Shown here piece after piece: positions 54,694 through 64,000 of a DNA stretch of 64,000 nucleotides. This DNA comes from Phormidesmis sp. (lineage in GTDB: Bacteria > Cyanobacteriota > Cyanobacteriia > Leptolyngbyales > Leptolyngbyaceae), in NCBI GenBank assembly GCA_965248535.1, contig CBDFJR010000002.1, forward strand, positions 384,001-448,000. Reading direction: 5' to 3'. The notes beneath the pieces are model-generated. The model made no database searches, had not been told where the DNA came from, and saw nothing but the letters and a program-made list of their open reading frames with translations. Numbering within the stretch: the first letter of the stretch is position 1; every line of letters starts with the position of its first letter. The position numbers and the translations under genes were made by a program.

Positions 54694-55520
54694 AAGGCAT
54701 TGGCAAAATAGAATTCGAGTTATAAAACCACCGATTTGACCATGCCTCAGTTTCACTAAACCGTAGATTTGACGAAGCCCTGATACAATTGAAGTCGATC
54801 CGAGATCGTGTCCTACGACCAGCCAAAATATCTAGAAACGACGTAACCCGACTGCGAATACTGCTTTGCGAGAAGTTTACATTCAAGCCGTCTTGATACC
54901 ATCGCTCCAAAATCCTAGACTCTATCAAAGAATCGATTGACTACGATGACACCTACAACGATGACAAAGCCCAACCCGCCAAATCGCCATGAGAAACCGT
55001 GATTGCTTGACACATCTGACTATGGTCATCTCAGGCTTATGCGCCAGAACTAACGCTTCCCAATTCAGAGTCCAGATCGTAACGATCAACTCCGAATCTG
55101 ACCACTGATCGCTGAATCACGAGGTGTGTATTTTTGGAGCCGGATTCGCAACTCCGAAGAAATTCTCTACTGGACTTCGGCCCCGAACAATTTGTAACTT
55201 TGACTGCGTGACTATCTCAGACTCCTTTCCAGATTTGAACCCGATCCATTTTTCACCTTGCCCAAAGCAAGATGAATTATGGAAACTGCCGCCGCGATCG
55301 AGAACAAACTTCTAACACTTGTCGCCGTCAATGGGATTCAAGGCTCTAATACAGATTTTCCCGCAATTTGTGCTGTTCACAGCCTCGATGACCCCACGAA
55401 ATGTTGGAGCCACGATTTGGGTAATTCTTACAACTCAGAGATGGCAAAAAGATAAAACCACCATTGACAATCTTTCAAACCTGTCTCCCGATCGCTCCCT
55501 TCTATAATCGCTTGACCACC

Positions 55521-56000
55521 TCAAACCGACTCTTCCAATTGCAGCAAAAGCTGACAGAATGCCTGCACATCCTCAGCCAATCTGTTATGGCATTCGGGCA
55601 GCATCTCCACCAGCGCTTGCACCCGATCGGGCTTTAACTCAGCGCTATATCGGTGCATAACCCCATGACGAAACCCGCGATAATCATTGAGTTGCTCTAA
55701 CGTCTCTGCTCGAATCACCGCAGGGCGATTTTTTGGAATCTGAAGACCCATCTGATCCAGCAACTCTCGATACGAACTCGCGCCTGTTGAGGGCGATTGA
55801 TCAACCTGCTTGGCAATCTCCTCAAAAATCCGTTCAACGCCCATGTAGAAGTTTTGCAGACTCAGCGCTGCCGCTTGCACATAGTCCCGATCGCCCGTTT
55901 TCTTCGCTTTCTCGATTTGAGAACTCGCAGATTTCACCGTTGAGTCAATCTGGTCAAGCTCCTTTTGAACTCTGGCAACTAAGACTGTGTATCGGCTCAT
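55521..56000 (-). CDS. HEPN (HepT/DUF86-like) RNase toxin
   Basis: LQNFYMGVERIF, YRGFRHGVMHRY (Rx4H motif). Confidence 0.8.
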   Translation of the reverse strand: MSRYTVLVARVQKELDQIDSTVKSASSQIEKAKKTGDRDYVQAAALSLQNFYMGVERIFEEIAKQVDQSPSTGASSYRELLDQMGLQIPKNRPAVIRAETLEQLNDYRGFRHGVMHRYSAELKPDRVQALVEMLPECHNRLAEDVQAFCQLLLQLEESV

Positions 56001-56121
56001 AGCTCGACTCCTAACGCACTTGCTCCTGATATATGCTTGCATCTTAGCGATCGGAACCCGTAGACCTGAAAATTGCTGTCAGAATGTCATTATATCCCGA
56101 CGCACTTTGCGACTTTTGATT

Positions 56122-58488
56122 ATGCTGGCTGACCGATCGCCCTCAAATTCTCCGCTCTCACGCGAACCGCTGCTCAAAATCCTGCGCGATGGCTTGCGAC
56201 CGGGGCAGCAAGAGATTGCCGACTGGCAAGGCGGACGGTTGGCGGTTTCAGCCGTGCCCGGAGCCGGAAAATCGACAGGCATGGCAGTCGCGGCAGCGTT
56301 GGCGATCGCGCGTTATCAACTCCATACCAAACGTCAACTAGTCGTCGTCACCTTTACCCGATCGGCCGCCGCGAATATTAAATCAAAAATTCGTGCCCAT
56401 CTGAAGATGCTGGCCCTGCCTCAAGGCGGATTTGTGGTGCACACGCTGCACGGGTTGGCGTGGTCGATCGCCCGCAGCTATCCAGAGCTTTCGGGGCTGA
56501 ATCCTGACAGTGTGCTGATCACGCCCAATCAGAGTCACCGTCTGATTCGCAACAGTGTTGAACAGTGGATTGGGTTACACCCGGCTCTCTATCAGCAGTT
56601 GTTAGAAGGGCAACAGTTTGATGGCGAAGAAACTGAGCGGTTGCGTCGTCAAGCCGTTTTGCGAACCGAAGTTTTGCCTGCTTTGGCAGATACGGTGATT
56701 CGTGAGGCAAAGAGTTCGGGGTTAATGCCGCAAGATTTGCGCGATCGTGGCGATCAACTATCCGACGACTCAATTTTGACGATCGCCGCCGGACTCTATG
56801 AACACTATCAGCTTCAGCTAAAAGCAAGGAACTCGATCGATTATGACGAGATGATTTTAGGCGCGCTGCGAGTGTTAGAAGATCCGAGGGTGCGATCGCG
56901 CTGGCAAACGCAAGTTTTTGCCGTGTTTGAAGATGAGGCTCAAGATTCCAGTCCGTTGCAAACCAAGCTATTAGAATTGTTGGCAACCGATCCTGCTGAT
57001 AATGCTCAGAATCTGGTTCGGGTCGGCGATCCTAACCAAGCGATTAACTCAACGTTTACGCCTGCCGATCCGGTGTTTTTTCGTCAATTTTGCCAAGAGT
57101 GTAGCGCTGACGATCGCCTCGCAGAAATGAATCAAGCCGGGCGCAGCAGTGCGGTGATTATTGACGCAGCCAATTTTGTGCTGACCTGGGTTAATCGCCA
57201 CTACAGCAAAGGGGGCACCCAGGAAGCGATGACCGACTCTGCCACCCCGTTTCGCCCCCAAGCGATTCATCCCGTCGCGTTTGATGACCCCCAAGCGGAT
57301 GCAAACCCGTTGCCGATCGGGTTAGGCCTAGAAATCTATACGCCAGAAGATGTTTATAAAACGGTGGAATTAATTGGACAGCGATCGCTGACATTGTTCA
57401 CCGATAATCCCGATGCTCAGGCGGCGGTTTTAGTTCGCACTAATGAGCAAGGGCGCTTTGTGGCAAAAGAACTGAAACGCTGGCACGGTGAAGATCTCAA
57501 TGTGTTTGAAGTCGGACAGCGCGATCGTCAATCTCACATTCCCGCCGAGATTTTGGCCCTGTTGCAGTTTCTCGATCGTCCTCATTCTCCTGACAATCTC
57601 AAAGCCGCGCTTTTAGCGTTAGTCGGACGACGCTTAATTCCTACCCAAGACCTTAACGCGCTCGTTACCTTTCCCGAACAGTTTCTATATCCCGCACCGC
57701 TCGATCCGCCTCAATCGCCTCAAGTCAGAGAAGCCAGTCACTATTGCGTCAGCCTGCTCCGCGCTCGATTAGAACTGCCGCTCTATCAGTTAATCTCGTT
57801 TCTGGCCTACACATTAGACTATGACCAAACAGAGCTTGCAACCGCAAATAAGCTGTCAGAACGAATCATGCAGCAAACGTTAGAGAGTTCGCTAGGCGCA
57901 ATGCTGGAGATATTAAGTGAGATCGTCAGTTCAGAACGATTTGAACCCGTTGAAGCAGAAGATGACGATCGCTACATTCGCCCCAGCCAATTAACGATAA
58001 TCACGATGCACAAAGCTAAAGGATTGGATTGGGACACGGTTTTTATTCCCTTTTTGCACGAAAACATGATTCCTGGAAGTCTCTATGTGCCGCCGCAGGC
58101 GAAGTTTTTAGGTGACTTCACCGTGTCAGAAGTTGCTCGTGCTCAGATTCGAGCGATCGTGCATGAAACCTCGATTCCCGATATCGGAACGGCTTGGACA
58201 CGAGCCGACTATCTTAAAACTGCCGAAGAGTTTCGCTTGCTCTATGTGGCGATGACACGCGCCAAACGGCTGCTGTGGATGTCGGCTGCCAAACGAGCAC
58301 CCTTTAGCTGGAATAAATCGGAGAACTTGGACGATCGCAAGCCGTGCCCTGTGATTCCTGCCCTCAGAGCTAGATTTCCTGACGCTGTGATGACGACGAC
58401 GAGGTGGAATTTTGAGGTGAGACTTCAAAATCTGGAAAGTCACGATCGTCAGATGTGCCCTTTGGTAGAAGCATTCTATCTCAGATGA
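56122..58488 (+). CDS. UvrD/Rep-family helicase
   Basis: AVPGAGKS, EDEAQDS, VGDPNQAI, TMHKAKGLDWD, YVAMTRAK. Confidence 0.92.
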   Translation: MLADRSPSNSPLSREPLLKILRDGLRPGQQEIADWQGGRLAVSAVPGAGKSTGMAVAAALAIARYQLHTKRQLVVVTFTRSAAANIKSKIRAHLKMLALPQGGFVVHTLHGLAWSIARSYPELSGLNPDSVLITPNQSHRLIRNSVEQWIGLHPALYQQLLEGQQFDGEETERLRRQAVLRTEVLPALADTVIREAKSSGLMPQDLRDRGDQLSDDSILTIAAGLYEHYQLQLKARNSIDYDEMILGALRVLEDPRVRSRWQTQVFAVFEDEAQDSSPLQTKLLELLATDPADNAQNLVRVGDPNQAINSTFTPADPVFFRQFCQECSADDRLAEMNQAGRSSAVIIDAANFVLTWVNRHYSKGGTQEAMTDSATPFRPQAIHPVAFDDPQADANPLPIGLGLEIYTPEDVYKTVELIGQRSLTLFTDNPDAQAAVLVRTNEQGRFVAKELKRWHGEDLNVFEVGQRDRQSHIPAEILALLQFLDRPHSPDNLKAALLALVGRRLIPTQDLNALVTFPEQFLYPAPLDPPQSPQVREASHYCVSLLRARLELPLYQLISFLAYTLDYDQTELATANKLSERIMQQTLESSLGAMLEILSEIVSSERFEPVEAEDDDRYIRPSQLTIITMHKAKGLDWDTVFIPFLHENMIPGSLYVPPQAKFLGDFTVSEVARAQIRAIVHETSIPDIGTAWTRADYLKTAEEFRLLYVAMTRAKRLLWMSAAKRAPFSWNKSENLDDRKPCPVIPALRARFPDAVMTTTRWNFEVRLQNLESHDRQMCPLVEAFYLR

Positions 58489-58625
58489 CGTAGGCTTCTA
58501 TCTGAGTGCCCTTGCAGGAAAATTGACTAAACACAAAGCTACACGGAATCATTCCGACAATGCTAGAGAGAATGGTTAAGAACACATTAAGCTAACGTTT
58601 TGAATGCCCTTGTTTTAATTGTTTT

Positions 58626-61205
58626 ATGAACAATCATCATCTTCCCAACAACAGCCATACGCCTACCCACAGACATCACCTAAAACGAACAGCACCTGTC
58701 GAGATTCAGGTGCAAGACGATCGCACGGGAATGGATGGTGAAACCCTCAAGCGGGCAGTGCTGGATAATCTTTACTACATTCTGGCAAAAGATCAAAATT
58801 GGGCGACTCCTTATGATTACTACATGGCGTTGGCCTATACGGTGCGCGATCGCTTACTGCAACGCTGGCTCAAAACTGTTGAGCAGACCTACTTTAAGCC
58901 CGATGTTAAAGTTGTTTGCTATCTCTCAGCCGAATATTTGATTGGGCGGCAATTGGGTAAAAATCTGATTAACGTCGGGCTTTATGAGTCTGCTCGTCAG
59001 ATTATGACAGAGCTAGGACATGATCTCGACGATTTGCTAGAGCAAGAAAACGAGCCGGGACTGGGGAATGGTGGTTTAGGACGATTGGCAGCCTGCTTTT
59101 TAGACTCGCTCTCAACGTTAGAACTGCCCGCGATCGGGTATGGCATTCGCTATGAGTTTGGCATCTTTGAACAAGTCATTCGCGATGGCTGGCAAACAGA
59201 GCGCCCCGATCGCTGGCTGCGGTTTGGCAATGCCTGGGAGATTCCTCGCCCAGACTACATTGTGGAAGTTCAATTTGGAGGACACACCGAGGCCTACACT
59301 GACGAGCAGGGGCGCTATCAGGTGCGTTGGGTTCCAGAACGAACGGTATTGGGAACGCCTTATGACACGCCAATATCAGGCTATAGCAGCAACACAGTTA
59401 ACACACTGCGACTGTGGAGCGCAAAAGCCAGCGAAGAGTTTAATTTTCAAATCTTTAACACTGGAGACTATATCGACGCTGTTGCCGATAAAACGTTTTC
59501 AGAAAATATTACCAAAGTTCTCTATCCCAATGACAACACTGATCAAGGCAAACAGCTACGGTTAGAGCAACAATACTTTTTTGTGTCGTGCTCGTTGCAG
59601 GATATGATTCGTACCTATTTTCAAAATCATAATACCCTTGATCAGTTTTCTAATAAAGTTGCGATTCAGATCAACGACACCCATCCTTCGATCGGCATTG
59701 CAGAATTGATGCGATTATTGATCGATGTGCATCAACTCGATTGGGATCAAGCGTGGAACATTACGCAAAATAGCTTTGGCTTTACCAATCACACTATTTT
59801 ATCTGAAGCGTTAGAGCGCTGGTCAATCACCCTATTCGGACGCTTGTTGCCCCGCCACCTCGAAATCATTTTTGAAATCAATCAGCGATTTCTCGATCAG
59901 GTGCGGGCTAAATATCCGGGAGAGGGCGATCGCACAACCCGACTTTCTCTAATCGAAGAAGGAGCCGATAAAAAAATTCGCATGGCTTATCTAGCGTGCG
60001 TGGGCAGTCACGCGATCAATGGGGTTGCCGGACTGCACACCGAACTGCTAGAACACGATTTGTTGCGTGACTTTTATGAGTTGTTTCCAGAGCGATTTAG
60101 CAATAAGACCAACGGTGTAACGCCACGTCGATGGATGCTGCTCACCAATCCAAAGTTGGCGCTGCTCATCACCCAAAAAATTGGCAAAAGTTGGATTAAA
60201 AATCTTGATGATCTTCAACAGCTAGAAGCTTTTGTCGAGGATGCAGACTTTAGAAAAAACTGGAGACAGATCAAGCAAGACAACAAACAAGATTTAGCTG
60301 AATATATTTTGCAAACAACGGGAATCAAAGTCAACTCTGAGTCGCTCTTTGATATTCAAGTTAAACGTCTGCATGAATATAAGCGACAACACCTAAATGT
60401 TCTGCACATCATCACGCTTTATAACTATCTTAAACATAACCCTAACGCCGATATTGTCCCCCGAACGGTGATTTTTGCGGGCAAATCTGCACCGGGTTAT
60501 GCCACCGCAAAGCTGATCATCAAGCTGATTACTTCTGTGGCAGAGGTGGTGAACGCTGATTCTGACATTGGCGATCGCTTAAAGGTGGTGTTTTTGCCTA
60601 ACTACAATGTCTCTTTGGGTCAGCGAATTTTTCCGGCAGCCGATCTTTCAGAACAGATTTCAACCGCAGGCAAAGAAGCCTCTGGCACCAGCAATATGAA
60701 ATTTGCAATGAACGGCGCACTGACGATCGGGACGCTCGACGGCGCTAATATTGAACTGCGCGATCGGGTGGGAGCCGATCACTTCTTCCTGTTTGGTCTA
60801 ACCGCTCCTGAAGTCGCTCAAACAAAGGCCCAAGGCTATCACCCTGAAGATTATTACAACGCTAACCCGACGCTCAAGGAAGCGATCGACCAGATTGCAT
60901 CGGGCTATTTTTCTCCCAGCGATCCCGCGCTTTTTCGACCCTTGATCGACTCGCTCAAACAACAAGATGATTATCTCCTGTTTGCTGATTATCAAGCTTA
61001 TATAGAGGCGCAAAAGCAGGTGAGCCAGACTTATCGACATCCCGATCAATGGGTGCGGCAGTCGATTCTCAACACTGCCCGAACGGGTTATTTCTCCTCA
61101 GACCGGGCGATTCGTGACTATGCTCAAGAGATTTGGCATCTCAAACCTGTTCCCGTCATGTTGGATGGGTTGCCAGTTGAGTCTGCACCCAGAGTCAGCG
61201 TTTAA
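58626..61205 (+). CDS. glgP: Glycogen phosphorylase
   Basis: GLGNGGLGRLAAC, INDTHP, KRLHEYKRQ, EASGTSNMK. Confidence 0.97.
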   Translation: MNNHHLPNNSHTPTHRHHLKRTAPVEIQVQDDRTGMDGETLKRAVLDNLYYILAKDQNWATPYDYYMALAYTVRDRLLQRWLKTVEQTYFKPDVKVVCYLSAEYLIGRQLGKNLINVGLYESARQIMTELGHDLDDLLEQENEPGLGNGGLGRLAACFLDSLSTLELPAIGYGIRYEFGIFEQVIRDGWQTERPDRWLRFGNAWEIPRPDYIVEVQFGGHTEAYTDEQGRYQVRWVPERTVLGTPYDTPISGYSSNTVNTLRLWSAKASEEFNFQIFNTGDYIDAVADKTFSENITKVLYPNDNTDQGKQLRLEQQYFFVSCSLQDMIRTYFQNHNTLDQFSNKVAIQINDTHPSIGIAELMRLLIDVHQLDWDQAWNITQNSFGFTNHTILSEALERWSITLFGRLLPRHLEIIFEINQRFLDQVRAKYPGEGDRTTRLSLIEEGADKKIRMAYLACVGSHAINGVAGLHTELLEHDLLRDFYELFPERFSNKTNGVTPRRWMLLTNPKLALLITQKIGKSWIKNLDDLQQLEAFVEDADFRKNWRQIKQDNKQDLAEYILQTTGIKVNSESLFDIQVKRLHEYKRQHLNVLHIITLYNYLKHNPNADIVPRTVIFAGKSAPGYATAKLIIKLITSVAEVVNADSDIGDRLKVVFLPNYNVSLGQRIFPAADLSEQISTAGKEASGTSNMKFAMNGALTIGTLDGANIELRDRVGADHFFLFGLTAPEVAQTKAQGYHPEDYYNANPTLKEAIDQIASGYFSPSDPALFRPLIDSLKQQDDYLLFADYQAYIEAQKQVSQTYRHPDQWVRQSILNTARTGYFSSDRAIRDYAQEIWHLKPVPVMLDGLPVESAPRVSV

Positions 61206-61245
61206 CGTCATCCTCAGACGCTCTAAAACCCCTGCGGATTCAAGA

Positions 61246-61923
61246 TTAAGCTCTTGGATCGGCGGGCCCGATCGCCATCTGCCACCGGGTGGGCTGAGGA
61301 GCTTGGGTTAAGGGCTTGACGAGAAAGTCTGGATGCAGATCCCAACTCAAAAGCCCTGCCAGCCCCATCACTACCCCAAACACCGTCGGCAACATGGCAG
61401 CTATAAACAGCCAGCGTTTTTGAGATAGAGACGTGATCGCCAGCAGCGAAATAGCGATCGACAAGGCTGCATCTGACAAATCGAATTGGTCATCGTGAAA
61501 ATTAAGCTGATCGTAGGTTTTTTGGTCTCCTTCAGCGATCGCTTTTTGCTCGGCTTTCTTTTGGTCTTCTTTAGTCGCCAGCGATTGATAAGCTTGAATT
61601 TGTTTGTCGTAAGCTGCCCGACTTGCCCCTGTTTGTGAAGCGGCTTGCAGTTGGAGTTGAGTCACCGTCGATTTGGCAATCTCAGCGCGAATGTTGCGGG
61701 CTTGATAGAGCGACCAATCATCAATACGATTCGCCTGCGCCTGCTGCATTCCCTGCACGATGTTGTCGTCTTTGACTTTGCAAACTCCAATAAAGGTGGC
61801 TAGCAGCGCTACCGAGATTGCCACCGCCGTATTTAACTGATTTTTCCGTTTGTCTCGTCGCTCTGAGTCTGTCTCTTGACGATCGTCATCGGTTTCGACG
61901 AGGTTCATAGGGTCAATATCCAT
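61246..61923 (-). CDS. DUF4337-like membrane protein
   Basis: WSLYQARNIR, HDDQFDLSDA; three TM segments. Confidence 0.7.
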   Translation of the reverse strand: MDIDPMNLVETDDDRQETDSERRDKRKNQLNTAVAISVALLATFIGVCKVKDDNIVQGMQQAQANRIDDWSLYQARNIRAEIAKSTVTQLQLQAASQTGASRAAYDKQIQAYQSLATKEDQKKAEQKAIAEGDQKTYDQLNFHDDQFDLSDAALSIAISLLAITSLSQKRWLFIAAMLPTVFGVVMGLAGLLSWDLHPDFLVKPLTQAPQPTRWQMAIGPADPRA

Positions 61924-62277
61924 CGTTCCGGGCCAGATTTGATAAGGCTAACGCCCACTATTCTCTAACAATTTAGCGTCAATTTATGCAGTCTTTTTCA
62001 TTCCTCAGCCTCCTAAATTTGCCAAATGTAGAGAGCAGAGACTTTCCAAAATGGTGCCAGATCTGAGGTAAACCCAGATCTAAGTGTTAACAACCGATGA
62101 AGAATTAGTTAATAGCTTGAATACCTTTCTAAAGCAGTAGAACTGGTACTGAAAAATACAAAATTATCAAGACTAGAACGTTCTCTGTTGCAGGATTAGC
62201 CGATGCTTCTACCCACAGGTCTAACTTTGAATTTTTGAGACTGAGCTTCTCTACTTCAAGAGACACAGATCTCGTCG

Positions 62278-62307
62278 ATTAATGTTCTGTTAAACCCATC
62301 TTTACGT
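62278..62307 (+). promoter_or_regulatory. Putative Pho box (SphR/PhoB site)
   Basis: ATTAATGT, GTTAAACC and CTTTACGT at 11-bp spacing upstream of pstS, resembling cyanobacterial YTTAAYY(T/A) repeats. Confidence 0.55.
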
Positions 62308-62475
62308 TGCTCTTGTAACGTAGCCAGTTATTACGATACGAAAAATTTCGACTTGATCAAGGTATAGCAAGATAGCCCCTAAACAGGCCATAATTCTCTT
62401 CATACTATTGTCCTATTGAGATTAAATAGCCAGCTTAATTCTCTCCAAAATTGTTACCTAGAAAACAACATTATT

Positions 62476-63543
62476 ATGGTTGTTCAACTTCGATTTATAC
62501 AACGATCGCTGCCCCGAAAAACTTTCTTTCTAACGTTGGTTCTGCTTTCTTTGATTGCGACCTCCTGCATAGGTAGTTCAAACGCCAAAGACGCGACGAT
62601 TACCATTATTGGGGCTGGAGGCACTTTTCCTGCGCCTTTATATCAACGCTGGTTTTCTGAATATAACAAGCAAAAGCCCACGGTTCAAGTCAGCTATCAA
62701 GCGGTGGGTAGCGGGGCAGGGGTCGAGCAGTTTACAACCGGGACTGTAGACTTTGGAGCCAGCGATACTGCTATGAAAGATGAGGAAATCAAGAAAGTTA
62801 AACAAGGGGTATTGCTGTTGCCAATGACGGCTGGAAGCATTGTTTTGGCTTACAATTTGCCAGAGGCAAAAAGCGGTCTTCAGCTCTCTCGCCAAGTTCT
62901 CGCAGACATCTTTTTAGGTAAAGTTAAAACCTGGAATGATCCAGCGATCGCTAAACTTAATTCCGGTGTTAATTTACCCGATTCTCCGATTACTGTGATT
63001 CATCGTTCAGAAGGCAGCGGAACAACAGATGTTTTTACAAAGTTCCTGAGTGCCATTAGTCCAGAATGGAAGGAGAAAGTTGGGGAAGGAAAATCGGTGA
63101 GTTGGGTCGTTGGTTTGGGTGGCAAAGGCAACGACGGAGTTGCGGCCCAAATTCAACAAATTCAGGGCGCGATCGGCTATGTGGAATATATCTACGCCAA
63201 GCAAACAAAGATGCCCTTTGCCAAGCTAGAAAATAAGGCTGGAAACTACATTGAATCAACCACAGAATCTGCAACAAAAGCCCTTGATTCTGCAAAGCTT
63301 CCTGATAATTTGCGGGTTTTTATTACTGACCCCGATGGTCAAGATGTCTACCCGTTAGTCACCTATACCTGGATGCTAGCCTACAAAAAATATAAGGATG
63401 CTAACAAGGCTAATACTCTGAAAGAAGTCTTGAATTGGGCGCTTGCAGATGGACGAAAGTACAGTGAAGAACTGGGCTATATTCCGCTGCCTTCAGCAGT
63501 TTTAGAAAAGGTAAAAGATGCTATCAATCAAATTCAGTCTTAA
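62476..63543 (+). CDS. pstS: Phosphate ABC transporter substrate-binding lipoprotein
   Basis: GAGGTFPAPLY, VGSGAG, DFGASD, RSEGSGTT; lipobox ATSC; start approximate. Confidence 0.95.
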   Translation: MVVQLRFIQRSLPRKTFFLTLVLLSLIATSCIGSSNAKDATITIIGAGGTFPAPLYQRWFSEYNKQKPTVQVSYQAVGSGAGVEQFTTGTVDFGASDTAMKDEEIKKVKQGVLLLPMTAGSIVLAYNLPEAKSGLQLSRQVLADIFLGKVKTWNDPAIAKLNSGVNLPDSPITVIHRSEGSGTTDVFTKFLSAISPEWKEKVGEGKSVSWVVGLGGKGNDGVAAQIQQIQGAIGYVEYIYAKQTKMPFAKLENKAGNYIESTTESATKALDSAKLPDNLRVFITDPDGQDVYPLVTYTWMLAYKKYKDANKANTLKEVLNWALADGRKYSEELGYIPLPSAVLEKVKDAINQIQS

Positions 63544-63575
63544 TCTTGATCGACTGTTGTTCATTGAGGTGTGTG

Positions 63576-64000
63576 ATGACTGCTGCAACCAGTGATTCTG
63601 AAATTCAACCGCGATCGACAACCGAAATCACTTTAGATAAAGGCTTTTCTTGGGTAGCGCTGGTCTCGGCGATCGCAGTAGCGGCAGTTTTGGCATGGAT
63701 TGCGATCGTTGTAGGAATTCAAGCGTTTCCAGCCCTTCAAAAGTTTGGTGCAAACTTCCTCACTACTACTAGTTGGAACCCCGTCAAAGAAACCTTTGGC
63801 GTACTTCCGATGATGTATGGAACGCTGGTGAGTTCCTTGATTGCGCTATTAATTGCGGTGCCGACTGGGTTAGCTTGCGCGATCGTGTTGAGCGAAGATT
63901 TTTTGCCGCGATCGGTGCGAACTACGTCAGTGTTTTTGATGGAGCTATTAGCCGCGATTCCCAGCATTGTCTATGGCTTTTGGGGCATTTACGTTCTGAT
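63576..64000 (+). CDS. pstC: Phosphate ABC transporter permease, partial
   Basis: Manual translation ...WNPVKETFGVLPMMYGTLVSS...ELLAAIPSIVYGFWG; follows pstS. Confidence 0.92.
   Translation, partial: MTAATSDSEIQPRSTTEITLDKGFSWVALVSAIAVAAVLAWIAIVVGIQAFPALQKFGANFLTTTSWNPVKETFGVLPMMYGTLVSSLIALLIAVPTGLACAIVLSEDFLPRSVRTTSVFLMELLAAIPSIVYGFWGIYVL

Noticed and set aside
46088..54739. Complete DISARM or BREX system
   Set aside because: No DrmA, DUF1998, PglZ or BrxC genes are visible
54400..54740. Diversity-generating retroelement variable region
   Set aside because: No reverse transcriptase or template repeat; the changes are indels rather than adenine substitutions
1..64000. Very frequent GCGATCGC octamer
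   Set aside because: Known cyanobacterial HIP1; used only as a host and foreign-DNA marker

Overview
Chromosomal window of a HIP1 (GCGATCGC)-rich cyanobacterium. Core genes include rnc, rnpB, psaF-psaJ, tsaD, a 1-Cys peroxiredoxin, cysteine synthase, fmt, psbP, maf, ppc, desA, pipX-pipY-sepF-proC, a UvrD-type helicase, glgP and pstS-pstC. Accessory patches are a TnpB-only IS200/IS605 element beside an ISKra4-family IS, a HIP1-poor AAA-ATPase/TOPRIM-like pair, a Panacea toxin-antitoxin pair, a decaying TA island, and a ~10 kb defence-like island. That island carries a PLD-SNF2 helicase and an N6-adenine methyltransferase fused to a C-terminal Schlafen/AlbA_2 domain, with xisI, PIN-Phd and HEPN genes; xisI and the PIN gene are each broken by a 22-25 nt hairpin micro-insertion. 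Features missing from or mis-started in the ORF track include psaJ, a divergent second psaJ-like gene lacking the pigment-associated residues, an AtpT-like small protein and a phased repeat array ahead of a 59-aa ORF. Several frameshifts look like sequencing errors, so pseudogene calls need read-level checks. Family assignments come from motif recognition only; no database searches were run.
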